64,000 bases of DNA from Balanoglossus misakiensis (lineage: Eukaryota > Animalia > Hemichordata), in NCBI GenBank assembly GCA_040954595.2, contig CM082577.2, positions 1,922,001 to 1,986,000 of the forward strand, written 5' to 3'. The position numbers and the translations under genes were made by a program. This document shows, piece by piece, positions 12,399-25,800 of this stretch. Each line of letters starts with the position of its first letter. The first letter of the stretch is position 1. The notes beneath the pieces were generated by a model. The model worked only from the letters and a program-made list of their open reading frames with translations, was not told the origin of the DNA and made no database searches.

Positions 12399-13328
12399 TG
12401 TTGAGGGAGCTGAGCTGTACAGCTTTGAAGACTTCGAACATTTGCTGTCCCCGAAAGTGGGTCATGAGAAGGCCGCAAACAGACAATTATCCCTGGAGGA
12501 CCCAGAAGAGGATGATGTGTTTGTCAACGGACTCAAGGACACGCCCAGCGACAAGATCATCGCTATGTGCAGCGAGATCTTCCAGGATGAAGACGAGAGC
12601 CTCCAGATATCAGATAGCGGTGTGTGTCCGCCTGCAGATACAAGTGTCAGGGAGAACACGCAGTCTGCCCTTCGGACGAGGAGTCGAAGCAAGGAGAGTG
12701 ATGGCGAGGAACAGCATAGCAACAGAAGTTACAGGAGGAGCGATTCGTGGTCTCCCGGCAATAAGGAGGAGACTGTTGCCGAGGGGAGGCATTCCTCCTC
12801 CGAGGAGGGCAGTGAGGCTCTCTTATTTGACAAGTTCTCGCCCAGGACGCGGATCTTGAAAAACGAACACCTTTTCCGGACGCAGTTTCCGGTTGGGCGA
12901 GGGAGGAACTTCCCTCCGCCGAAAGCCAGTGCCAACATGAGGAAAATGTCAGTACCGGACCGTCCGTACAATACTGCCAATTACAGGAATTACCAAAACG
13001 AGTCACTCACCTCCTCGTACCCATTCATGCCCGCAAACTCCCAGACTGCCAACGACTACAAGTACGACAAGATCATCACCATGTGCTCTGATGTCTTTGG
13101 GATTAGCCCGGATTTCCAGATCAACACTTCCCCTCATCATCATCATCCGTCCAGCAACCAGGGAAGCGTCTCCCGGGGGAACAGTCCCGGAAAGAAGGGA
13201 ATTATCACGAACCCTAAGAGGAAAATGAGCGACAGTGTAGCTGTCGGAGCAAAGACTGTCACTTTTGTGGAGGATTACAATCACACTCAGGAAGATGTTC
13301 GTAACTCGTCGTTTGTTTTAGGAAGACG
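12399..13328 (+). CDS. Large internal coding exon (930 nt, phase 2 to 2), low-complexity Ser/acidic/basic protein segment
   Basis: Strong acceptor (tttttttgtttctttttctttaattcAG, 12397-12398); visibly GC-richer than the flanks; contains the longest ORF in the window (12442-13332); donor CG|GTAAGG at 13328/13329 just before the ORF's TAA. No recognisable folded domain. Confidence 0.85.
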
Positions 13329-13598
13329 GTAAGGTTATCATTGAAGTGTGTGTAAGAGATGAGTGTGAGTATTCTGAGTATATTAGAAAAGTAAAGCTAC
13401 ATGAGATATTCAACAGTAGTTTTACTTTTCCAATACGCCTTTTTCATAAAGAGGGCACCCTTTCCAAGACGACGCGAAAACGAGGCCAGTGGGTCACAGA
13501 GTAGAACGGCATCATCCTGTGTATAGTCGTTATATTTTGGACAGCCATTCGAGCCACATTTTATTGTAAGGTAAGTTTTACACGCAACTTGTATCATA

Positions 13599-13760
13599 CA
13601 CTGTGAAACGGGTTATTGTTCGCAATATCAACAGAGGCAACTTACGCGAGTATTAATTTTTGCATTCTCTTATTCCATTTACTGCATCATTATTTTTATT
13701 TTTTGGGCTCGCATATTTTGCGAAAATTTATTGCTCGCGAAAATAACCCATTTTATAGTA
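13599..13760. mobile_element. About 160-bp TIR element (TACTGT...ACAGTA type, TA-target MITE)
   Basis: Left cactgtgaaacgggttattgttcgc versus reverse complement of right end tactataaaatgggttattttcgc; internal ttcgc/gcgaa sub-repeats. Confidence 0.65.
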
Positions 13761-16700
13761 CATGTATACAACAAACAAGATGAGTTCGAGCAGTACTCTG
13801 TGGCTCAACTCGCCTCTCGTTTTTGCATCTTGGAGATGAAGCATGTTTTGGTAGCTAGGCACCCTCTTTACGAAAAAAGGTGTATTATATGTCACAGAAT
13901 TCATACATATCTGGACTCCCTTCCCATAGTGATCTAGATTTGCCAGAATTATCATGTCTGATCGGGCAAACATGCAACGTACACTACAGTATTTCCAACA
14001 TTTTTGATCTGCATAGTTTGCACGATCCCCACATCGTATATCAGCCTTTAGTGTGAGCTAGTGTGAATGAAAGTCCACACTCGCCATTCAAACATGTATT
14101 ATTAGATCCCATTTGAAAGATTGAATAATTTACTGGAAGTGACAGTGTTTACAAAAAATACATGGAGATTGAATCTACACATTAACACAAAAAATTGATT
14201 TATGTTTAAACCACTTGTTGTATCAAATAACAAATTATGACAAAATTGATATATTTTGCCAAATTTTACTGCCAAGTCTCATCAGGTGGTGACGTGTACT
14301 AAAATGCCCAGTGCTAAATCACCCATCCCCGTATTGATGCTTGTATATTTGTTTACCGGTTTTTGAAATTTTAATGCAATCTGGTAATGGTTGATCGGCA
14401 AAAGTGCCATGACCTTGACTAATGCACTTCTTGTGCAATGCAAAAATAAAAGGCAGAGGGAAAATTGAGACTAGAGGGTTGTGTAAAAGGTTCATAAATG
14501 CAGCCGGCAGACGGAAAGTTTAATCACAGCCATCAAAATGAAAAACACAGGAAGTAATTGGTTGCTAGCAATCGTCAACAATACCTGGAAAACACCTGAT
14601 GTGTCTCTGTGATCTATCGATCCAACTTCTGCCCTGTTTATTTGCAGGAAATTGAAAGACTGTGTAAACTCTGTCAGATAACGTTTTGCCACAATTGTAC
14701 CCCCTCGCTAATGAACATCCTGCATTATGGACGGTCGGATCTCTATTTTCTGACTTCCGACTGTTTTGCACTCTTAAAAGACTCTGATTTAAATTAAATG
14801 CCTCTCATTACGTTCCCCTTGTGTTTTTTTCAAATTGACTGCAGTCGACTTGACACGTACCAACTCCTGCTGAAACAAACACATTTTGCGGGCGTTTCTG
14901 GGACCGCTTTATTTTCTGACCCTTTTTTCGATGTTTTTTCTCTCGATAAATGTTACCAAAAGCAATCCCCTACAATTATCTACCACATAGAGTTATCAGC
15001 TGCAAGCTTTACGCACACAATACCTTTGCATGCATGAAGTGCAACAATCCAAAGCAATCCCACATTCATACTCGCGCTTTATGTAAAGAATGGTAATCAA
15101 TAATGAATAACATTGAGGTTGGACAGATTTATTGAAACTCAACATCCCCTAAAATGATAATTTAGAATGTATTCAATTGACAACAAAAGAAAGTCTTTCA
15201 AGGAATCCTTTCGTTGTTTGGATAAAGTGTGTGCCTTCATTATACAAATAAAATGAAATTATAATCGTTTGACACGATCGGCCTGATTGAAAAGGTAGAT
15301 GTGCCCGTCGGCTCTTAGTCGTTAGGAATATTGAAATGGAGTAATTGATCTGCAGGAAGTTCACTCAGAGCTGGGAGAGAAAATGAGATTTACGCTCTGC
15401 GTATCAATCAAATATTGAAATTCGGATAGAAAGGTTGTTATTCTCAGGTTATTATAAAGAGTTCGATGCTTGGGTTATGCGTGTGTTTGCGATAATTTTT
15501 CTAGTGAAACACAGCGATGCATCCTTGGAAGGTTTTCACGTAATAGGGATGTTTTAAAAAACCCCAGAAATGATCAGGTACAGTGAAGCTGGGATTTAGA
15601 CATTGCAAACAATCATTAAGTCCTCATTTGTATTTAGCCCTCTCATCTGAGTCTTACCTCTAAATGTGCTTTGGCGGTTATTAGACGTCGCCTGAGATAG
15701 TTCATGTTTTCACATATTGGCCAAGTCAGCTTTGATTGGATCCACAGACATAAAGCAAAACAAAATTCAGAGTGGACCCTGCAGAGTTGGGTTTGTATAA
15801 TCTTGTGTGATTAGCTCCATTCCCCCTCCCCCTTTCTAGTGGCGTCCCTCGATCAAGCCCGGTGCTGGTCTATGGAGGTGATCGGTGCAGCCGTTACCAT
15901 GGGGATCAATAAGCTGGCTTGTACACTGTATGTTCAGACTTGGCTTATCTGTTTGTGGAGATGGTACGGAGGATGAATAATTGATGGCACGAAATCCGCC
16001 TGATCTGGGTTAGTGTGTGTCTAATGGTACCTGCCATTGCATACGCCTGAAGACGATTATATATAATAACTTGTGATGGTCGTTGCCAGACAGCTGAAAG
16101 TGAAATGTAAACTCCAGGCACGCTAGTAACTGTGCTCCAGTTTAATGAACATCACATCAGGAAGTTTTGTGATAATGTGAGGAATTGAAATTTCTTATAT
16201 TTAATTTCTGCCTTGAAAGTTTTCAGTTTTTGTGATGAGATGATTGGCCTGGATTTTACCATACAGGATGGCTGGCTGCAAACCACTATGCACTCACTAC
16301 AGCCACTGTTAGTCCCGACACAATGACAATTCAGACTTGTATATTGGGTTAATGCTGAAGTACACAATAGTCTTGGAACAGGGACAGTTTCTTGCCATTG
16401 CATCAACTATGGCAAATCCAACTGAACAATCGTTTTTAAAAAACAAGAATTTTCCTTCAAATTCTAAGTCTTACCACAAAGAGTGCAAATCCCTCAATCT
16501 GAACTTTGCATGAAAACGGGTATAAAAACTTCCTATTGTGAAAACCCCTCCTGGAATGAACAAAGCTGGACAGTAAAAGATTAGTGGCGGTGTCGGATAA
16601 TTGAAGGAATCTCGTTATTCACTCAGTTCATAGGATCAACGTCTGCCTTGGAGCTGTTTGTGGATTAAACATTGACAATAAGACAAGACAAAACAAAACA

Positions 16701-17243
16701 AAACCCTGGCCACTTCATTGCATGTCTCTGTTGTTGATTATATTTGCCACTGTCAGAACAATTGGCATTGTTCTTAGAGCATTATCAGAGTTTGTTGGTC
16801 TGTTGTCTTGGTAAATGTACAGTTATGCACAATCCTCTGTTGTGTTCATACAAGATTTTAACTGTGCCAATTAATCTATGCTTAGAGGGGTTAGTTTAGT
16901 TAATTAACAAGTGGTGTTGTTTTTACCAGTTAACCAATTCACATTCAGTTATTTGCAATTATTATCTGGGGAAACAAAGAAACAGCTGAGACAAATAAAT
17001 GAAAGAGGATACAGTATTACAGATACATGTATTTATCTTAAAGTTTATATGGTCTTAGTAAATCAGAATGAGCAGGTCTCTGTGCCTTGCCAACCTGTTC
17101 GCCCTATTTCCTAGGATATTTTTTGTGGCATCGGTCAGTTTTGTACCCTGAATTCCTGCGAAAACTGCAGTGTGACTCATACTTTGTACACTCTGAGGTT
17201 TGTGCATTCGGTTGGAACTTTTGATTCCACTGAAAGAAAAAAA

Positions 17244-17278
17244 ATGGTGTCAGATTCAACCCACAGCTTTGAAACCAG
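17244..17278 (+). CDS. Weak candidate alternative first coding exon MVSDSTHSFET (phase 2)
   Basis: aaaATGG, 11 codons + 2 nt, donor CAG|GTAATT; ends in the same GAAACCAG|GTA as the 298-377 exon; phase fits the exon at 42020. Confidence 0.2.
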
Positions 17279-19017
17279 GTAATTGACCGCTGACAGGTAA
17301 CAACATAGGTTGTATAAGAATTAACCAGGTATTCGGACTAAATGGGTTGGAAGGTCACAAAGTCAGTGTGCCTTATACGCCCAAACACCGTGTTAGACAA
17401 TGGCAGCTGAGTATCTCACACAGGGGGGATACATGATATCTCTCGGTAAAGTGGAAAATTATTAGAAAATTAGCTGAGCAACCAAGATACTATAACTTTG
17501 CCTGGCAACTGAAGGCTCCTTTGTGGTGGTCAGGCCGGCTGTTTGTTATATTGTACAGTTACATGTAGGTCTCAGTTGAAGTCTGAAGAAATTAGAATGA
17601 TTTGGGGGGGGGGTGTAATTGTATGTGTAGTTTTTCCAACATTGGGCCAGTTTTTGCATTTCGCGCGTGGATGCCAAAAAGAGGAAGCTTGGATTGGGTC
17701 ACAGTTTTTATCAGGCCGTTGTGATAATGACAAACGATTAGGCAGAGTGGTATTTTTATCATTGGACGATAATTATCACAAAACGTGATCATCAGGTGAT
17801 GAATACAACTGAATCTGACCAGCTTGCAACAAGCTGGTCACCAGATCACTTCACATGGATGAAGTTTTCATAACACATGCAGTGTTTTCTAGGTTTGTCC
17901 ACTTTATGGGAAGCATGCCATAGTTTACTGCTGACGGTGTACTTTTTCGCAGATTGAAAAACTGTCCGCCTTGAATTCAAGCTGAATTCCTGTCTGGGAA
18001 ATATAAATGTTTATGAAGCCCATTACATTAGTTTATTTCAGTAGTAAATAGTTAGTTTGAGAATGATAAAACTTTATGGCAGAAAATGGAGTAGACCTTC
18101 AATAAAAACAAAAACCGTATGTTTGTGTAACCCTGTTTCAGTAAATTATTTGGCATTTCATTAAAAAAATTAAATAGGAGCTTGTGTGATGTCGCATCAA
18201 GTGCCCCCTCTAGTGGTGACGTGCAAAACATTCGTCAAATTCAATGTTAACGTCCCTATTAAGCCTGAACACCTGTATCGCCCGATTTCAGAGACGTAAC
18301 CTTTAGTAGATGATTGTCTGTAATATTTGCTCATTGTTTTGGTCGTACCTGTCGCGAGCAGTAAGCAGTTCACGGAAGAAACAAAAAGGAGGTCAGATTT
18401 CTGCCGATTTGGAGATATTCAACTTTGACCCTGTTTTGTAAGTGGTGAGAGGGTCGTGCACTGATAAAAACTAAGACAATGTTTCTACTGTCATTTCAGT
18501 CAGGTACTTGCAGTAGGTTTGTTTTCGCAGGCTACCCTTAACTTTTATGACGTGTGTACATTTTGTACGTAGTACTCGTGAGGATCGAGTGGTCAGTCTG
18601 TTTCGTTTCAACGCCTTTATGCAGTCCTGTATATGTCAGTGAAGTATACCCCAACATACATATAATGAGGATAATCATCAGTATATGGATCTGAAATAAA
18701 GCAGCTGGCGGGATTATTGTTATGTTTGGAAGGATGGCAGGGTTTTTATTCGGGAAATAAAATGAAAATTGTTATACCCCACAGTAATTAGCAGGTTATG
18801 TACTGATGTTTGATGTTCATTGCAGACGCCTTGTCATGTGGCTATAATGCTAACGTCAGCAATGGTTGAGAATATGTGCAGACTGCTTTTCCATGATAGG
18901 CAAGTATCGGTGTTCATGTCTGCAGCTGCGTTTGACGCACGAGCGAGCGATATCACTCACTGGGTATTGGCATGCCCCTATCGGCAGATAAAATACCTCA
19001 GCCTCAGTACCATCGCC

Positions 19018-19100
19018 ATGGCAGCGGCCAGGAAGAGATTTAATGGGGCTGTTCGGCGGGATCAGACAAGAGATAGCAACTGTAGCAAGGGGTTGCTAAG
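19018..19100 (+). CDS. Candidate alternative first coding exon MAAARKRFNGAVRRDQTRDSNCSKGLL (phase 2)
   Basis: Optimal gccATGG context, GC/CpG-rich, 27 codons + 2 nt, donor AAG|GTAAAC at 19100/19101; phase fits the exon at 42020. Confidence 0.55.
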
Positions 19101-20104
19101 GTAAACTAACAACACGGTCGTCAAGGTGATGACACCGTTGGGCCGTTCGGAGTGTTGACACTGCTTAGAGTTATGGCGTAAATCGTCACAGTAGCTGTTC
19201 GTTCGCGGGTCAGGGTTTGTTGTGAGTACGGTGAGAAGAGACGCGATCTTCAAATTTAAGTAGGAGTGCACGTTTCGATTCTACCGTTGAACTCTCATCC
19301 ACGATCAATGGTGTTTGTTAATTTGCAACGTCAATGGTGAAGACTCTCTAGTGGTTGCCCAGCGATGGATCTCCTTGTATGCCCTATTGTCCAGAAGTAA
19401 TGGCGTGAACTAGCCTTACTTGGTTCTCTATCTAAATCTGGTTCTTTTATCTTTGGCGCTTCACAGTATGTGCATGTGTGGCTGGCTGTACCTTGTCTGC
19501 TTGCCCTCCCCAACAACAGACAAATCTACAGAAATGGTCGATTTTACGCCCAAGCAAACATTCTGTTGCTGCTGTATTCAGCTATGTCATATTATTTTTT
19601 GCCGTTTTAGGAAATGATAACCAAGGCAACCTGTTCTACCATTCAGATTTTGGCCTCAGCACATTGAACTGTGTTCTACCAGAGTTTATGAGGCTTTGTT
19701 AATTTTGCGGAGGATGAGCAACTTGTTTTTGTGTTTTAATTGTAATCTTTCCACTGTATAAAAACTTGAAAGAGAGAGAGTAAAAGAGACACAACACAAT
19801 ATCATAGAAACAAAAGTGGCCCCAATATGTTCTTGAGGAAAACTAGTGAATGTATCTGATGATAAGCCATGGAGATGTGTGTATCTGTAGCTCATCAACT
19901 GGGATCAGTGAAACGAATGAAGAAAAATCTGATCCCTTTGATCGCCACTTTTCAATCGTAGGAGGTTATTAATTTTATATGTTCATTTATAATAAATTTT
20001 ATTTGCCTATTTTGACCATTTGATGATGTGGGTAAGTGTGAAATGTAATGCAACTGTAGTTTGATAGGGTAACATAATACAAATGTAGTCTACGACTGGT
20101 AGTA

Positions 20105-20140
20105 AATGAGTGATTCCAGCCAATGAGTGATTCCAGCCAA
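20105..20140. repeat. 17-bp perfect tandem duplication
   Basis: aatgagtgattccagcc twice. Confidence 0.9.
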
Positions 20141-22524
20141 ACTCCAAATCACTGTCTATTCTTGCGTGTTGAAATTTGAAATTTTGATTAAAAGATCTCC
20201 TGCATTGATACCATGAAATAGCTGGGGAAGTTGATTGAACACAAGGGAAGTTAATTACGTTCACAGTGCTGCTCATTCGTGAATACACAATCGGGCATCT
20301 GATCAGCAAATGATCATTTTGTGTGACTTATTTCGAGCAGATGCGTGTTAATTCAGGTTCATCTGTTGGAATTAATTCTGAAGTTAATTTCAAATTTTAA
20401 ACGTGCCTTAGTGGAATTTCAAGCTTCACGGAGCTCAGACATCGCGAGAAGAGAGATTTCTAATATCTAGGTAAATTCGGACACAGTCGAAATGTGCAAA
20501 TAGGTCATCCCTGACCTGTGGGTACGATTTGATCAAATGCAATTCTGTATTACTCCTAGACTGGAGCAATGGCTGACAGAGTTTTATGTATTAAACTTTA
20601 AAGGCACAATAGATGGAAGTTTTGATATCATTTCAGTGGAACCAGTGAGTCAGAGAAAGGAAGGATGTACCAAATGGAAATGTGTATCTATTTGTCATTT
20701 GACATGCATCACATGAAAATAAATCAGATTTTTACACATGGTGTGTGGTTATATAAATATAGAAGCCATCCACGTACAAGAAACCTGTTTGTCCAGCCCC
20801 CTGTAGAAACCTTATTTGTGGTCTAGACAGACAACATACATATGCATGTCACACTGCTCGAGTGTTGCCTTGTGAGGGCGCACTCACACTGGTTGGGTGT
20901 GTTGCATTTCGAGTGGACTTCATGTCTTCAAATTTGTACAAATATAAATGACCTTTTACCACCTGTATCCAAAAATGATTTAAGTAGTCTGAATTTGGCG
21001 TGTATTGTTTGAGTCATTCGTCCCAGACGTAACTTCACTCGGCAGAAAATCGATGTCGCATCAGACACAACAATGAATATAGCGTCCAACGTACTTGGCA
21101 ACATTACTATGCAAATGGCCAGCTTGTCAGCCAGAGAGCTCTCAGTAGTGGCGATTGACTTGTACGCTGTCTGAAGTAGGCCATTCGACTGCCTCCAAGA
21201 ATGTAAATAATTGTACATACAGAGTCTGAAGTTGCAGATCAGAAAAAAAACGCTTTTATTTTTGTGGCGTATTCTCATTTTTTTACTTCATATTCATGAT
21301 TGTATTTTCTAATGAAAATCAGATGATATCAATGCATTTACTGAGCATTGTATTGAAATGAAACAGCCAGCTGGGGCTGCAAGCTTTAGTTTGAACAGAA
21401 TAGATGATATGGGTAGCTATACCCAAAAATGGCCGCCTCTGTGCAAGTACATGTACTTAAAAGAAAAAACATCTAGTTGGACATGGAGTAAATATGAGAG
21501 CAAAAAAAAGAGTGGATGTTCAGAGAAAACTGTAAACAAAGGTTTGTGTGTATTAAGGGGTAGAGGGCGGTATCTGAATATTGGATAGCTGAGACAAGCA
21601 TTTGCCACAAAAGTGTACATGAACTAAAAAAAAAAATTTAGATTTCCTTTCTGGAGCTTTGCTGTATTGAATTCACATGACCCCAGATCTACAGAAAGTG
21701 GGTTAAGTTTTTGTCAAGTACTCAAGGCAATGAAGAGGGGTACTTTATAGAACACTGACGCACTCATTTCTAGTTGTTCGCAGTTCAGCCTTTTTCCGTA
21801 TCAGCATATGCTGTTAACGCTCGTACCCCCATCAAAGGAGTGGCTTAGGGAAAGGAAAATATCTAGTTTTTGGCACAAGCCTGGGGAATGTGGTTGATAA
21901 TTGCACTTGAATCTTTTTTTCATGGACACTTCAGTGAATACCATGAAGCGAGTGTTGAATTTACGTACAGTGTAGCTGGTATCTCAGTGCAAGGCAAGAG
22001 TGTGTGTATATTTATAAATAGTTGTGAAATATATCAGTAAGTTGTCTTAATAAAGTTTTCGTTGTCAACTACTACAGTAACTGCAAGTGAAACTTGCCAA
22101 CTTGGGAGACTTCATACATGTAGATACTTCCTGATAAAAATGTTTCCATTTGTAGCAGTGGAACAGCTGGTAATTTTAGGAGTTCCCTTGGGTGAAGTAC
22201 TGTCTTTGGGCCGAAGTATAAACCTGGATTTCCGGTGAAAATGGTGGTATCTGACGTCCGCAAACTTGGCCTGTGTTCCCCTGTCAGTGATTTTAACTTA
22301 ACGAATGTGGCTAAGACAATAAGAGCGCTCTCGTAATAAAATTACGGGGATACTTGCCCTCTCAGCTGAATTTTGTACATTCATGATGTTGGCAAATGAT
22401 TGAAATGATTTTGAGAAAGAATTTCATTATACTCTCTGTATTAGATAACTTCGGCGAATTTTCAAAGTTATAAAATTAATCTTATAATACTGTCTTTGAT
22501 GAATATGTGCCATCATGATATTGC

Positions 22525-22850
22525 GCGTGGTTTCAGCTCAGATGTAGGTCAACCTGACCATAAGTTCAAACCCCAGCGTGGCGGTGGTGATATGTCCTTG
22601 AGCATTAAAGACCCCTCCTGAGCAGGAGTGATGCTTGATAGGAATCTGGCTTTATATGGATGATTTACACCTGTTGCAGTCACCATATTCTCCGGAGAGA
22701 ATGATTCCGGGGGGAAAACAAGCTCCTTTTAATGGAACAAAGTCACCTTGTCCCCATTGGTTGCTGACCGTGAGAGGTACTTGGCAATACCCTCTCTCTA
22801 ACAGAGTAGTTTGGTCCACTAGCTTTTTAGGAGGCGACGTATTACATTAT
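22525..22850 (+). mobile_element. Possible decayed tRNA-derived SINE
   Basis: B-box-like gttcaaacccc (about 22564) followed by tgtccttgagca, resembling the head and core of invertebrate SINEs; boundaries uncertain, single copy in window. Confidence 0.25.
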
Positions 22851-25800
22851 ATCAAGCACAACCCTTTCACCCCCCTCTTTGGCAAAGTGCACCACTCCCC
22901 CGTACGAAATCCAATAGATTTCTTCTGCATTCCGATTTGGACGGTTACGCAGATCGCTATCAGTGTAGATGGTTTCCATTTGTGATGCGCCCACCACTTA
23001 AGTCTTGTTCGATTCTGACATTATACCGCAACATGAGTAGATAATTATCCCCATGTCGATTTGAAAAGTGAACGCTAATACCGGGGACATGCAGCTTGAT
23101 TTATCTGTTGATTCTGATTCGATTCCGAGCGGGGGATTTTGCGCTGAACTATTATAGCGCGAAGCTCCACCCCTTGGAATCAAACCCACCTACATACATT
23201 TGTACAACTCGTAAATACCCGATTTATGTGCAAATAAATTGTCAATTGAAGGGGGCGGAGCAACTCCCATTCCCTCTTCCCACTGCTTCCCTGACACTGG
23301 AAAGAGAAAAATCAATAATTCCAGACAGATGGATGTCAGAGCAGAGTAGCCTCATCTGTTGATTGCCACTCTCTCTCTCTCTCTGGTCTCTGGTCATCAG
23401 TGGAAGTAACGTACGCCATCAGACAGAAACCCAGGGCCACGAGATGTGTATCCAGAGATGGACTCTGGAGATTATCACGGCACCAGCACATTGTGGGGTC
23501 TGGAATCATTCACGCAACATTCACGTCTGCGACAGGGACCGGAATTAGAGTTCCTCCGTGGCAGCACACGGAACCAGTGATTTTTCCCTGTTGAACTTTG
23601 TGCTGGAACTTGTTCTGTGAAATTACAAAATCTGGACATTCTCTTGGAGTAAGTTTTTTTTGTCAAGAGGAAGATGTCGTTTAAACGGAAAAATCTCCTA
23701 GTTGATCTACTTCGGAGCAGGTACTGCCTTGGTTTTTCTTTGTAGTTAGTAGAGTAATCGGTTGCATGTGTGCAATTGCGGCCTTGGGTACTGGGGTCTG
23801 AAAGCTCATCCTTGAGTTCATGAGTGTTGACAACACTTTCGAATGTATGCTCAGGATGTAGAAGCATACATGCGTGTGAGAGAGAGAAAATCAGTCTGAA
23901 TCATGTGGAGAGAATGAGAGATGAAATATACATCTGAGGTTTTACGCCCTGTAAGCATCATATGGTAAAGACTCCCTGAATGTTTAACAGAATCAACTTG
24001 TGGTTTTACTGAGGAAGTGGCATTTGTCTGGTTCACTGCACGAGAGCAATAGCTTCAATAGAATTAACCTGCTGCTGATGATGATGCTTCTGTGTAAGTG
24101 ATGAGGTTCACTTAGCATCCATGGCAACCACAGCCCTAGGAATGCGATACGGGTCTTCATCTTTGCAACGTGTGGAACTTTGGCGTAAACTGTCGTTTCT
24201 ATACAGTGTTTAATGCTGCGTGACCATTTGATTTGACTTTGTGGGGGAAAAAACACCATTTGTTTCAGTTCAGTGATAGGTGATACGATAACCTTTGACC
24301 CAAAGTCATATTACGACACCCGGGCAACATTCTTTATGAAAGTTTCATCCAAAATGATGACAGATTTGCTGAGATTTTGTTGACAAAAACTATTACTCGA
24401 AATCTGAAATTGAAGGTAAAGAACTCTACCAGAATGATGGAATCAGCTTGCATCATTAATGTCAATCAAACCTCTTTGATTCAGCAATTTCTCATTCTGC
24501 AAACAGTTCGGAAAGATAAATCTGATGTGATGTCACACACTAAACCGCGATTCGTTGTTTGCGAAAGGTTTTAGAAAATCCATCAAGAATGTTTATTTTA
24601 TGGGTCGTCTGGTCACTTAGTTCGCTCTCAACAATTTTCATTATTTTTCTCTAAAAGAAAGATTGATATCTGAGGTTGAGATTAAGACAAGAACATGTAT
24701 GTTATCAGATTGATTTGGCAGCTAGACAATACATCATATTCTTTATATTAAAAAATATAGGACACTCCGACATTACCTTGTTTGACATAATTTAGCCCAG
24801 AAAAAAATCATAATTTGATGAGCAATATGTGCTCTTCTTCAAATCACTTTGTGGGCATTTGCTAAACCGTGTTTTAAATTATACCGATGTTAAAACATCT
24901 GAAGGTTAATTACCTCTTCTTTATGATAATAATATAATTTGATAATCTCACAAAAAGTTCTGATAGTGACGTGTTTGAAGACTGATTTCGATCAAATCCT
25001 CAGATTCATTCGTGTTCCAGAACAGTGGACAATGTAGAGTGCGCGCTCTATTTGGCACAGGTATGATGACGTAGCAAACAGCATAAGTCATCCTTATCCT
25101 CTTTTTTATCGGCCGTTTTCGCACAGATGACGTTTGTTAAGCCCTATATTTATTCTACATGTCTGCGCTGATGAGATTGTTATTCAGGACCAGTATCGAC
25201 TTGCGTGAGTAATGTGGGCGGACGTGTCCAGTATTATGAAACGCACTGGTGACATTGCTGATGATTTTTTTTTTGCAAAGAAAAAAAAACATTACGCACA
25301 TCAGTTATCCGTCACGTAGGCCTTTTGATGCGTGAAGGAATTTCCGATCCATCAACCGGATTTCTCTAGTGTAAATTCAACAACTTTGCCACCTGTGGTA
25401 GTTTTTTTCCTCTGTTGGGATTGCTTGCACCCCAGAGGTCATCCTCAATCATCGTTTCAGAGTAATCTTGAAAAATATCTGATGTAGTGTGACCTCTACA
25501 TGTATGTCTCTCTAATTCCACCCGTCAGGGTTTGGGTCCAGTTTGGGAAAAATCGGTGGCATTTGAAACCACTCGAAGTCCTGGAAAAATGAATTATGGC
25601 CCTGGAAATGAAATAAGTTTTGGAATTCCTTGGAATGTTACTTCATGAAATTCCTGGGAATGTTGTCAAATGGGCTGGCTGAATATACCACAGATTCACC
25701 AAGTTTGGAGGCTTTTTTTTGCACTGTTTTGAGATCATAGCTCCAGTTTGAGTGTGTTACACCACTTCTGCATTCATTAGCCTGGAATATTCAAAATGGG

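Noticed and set aside
12290-13284. Overlapping 189-aa + strand ORF and several minus-strand ORFs
   Set aside because: Shadow frames of the GC-rich exon 12399-13328, with no independent support.
12442-13332. Single-exon 296-aa gene as given in the ORF track
   Set aside because: It starts at TTG, the frame is open back to a strong acceptor, and the stop overlaps a GTAAG donor, so it is better read as an internal exon.
25525-25665. caggg followed by repeated cctggaa motifs, hAT-MITE-like
   Set aside because: No matching second terminus or target duplication found.
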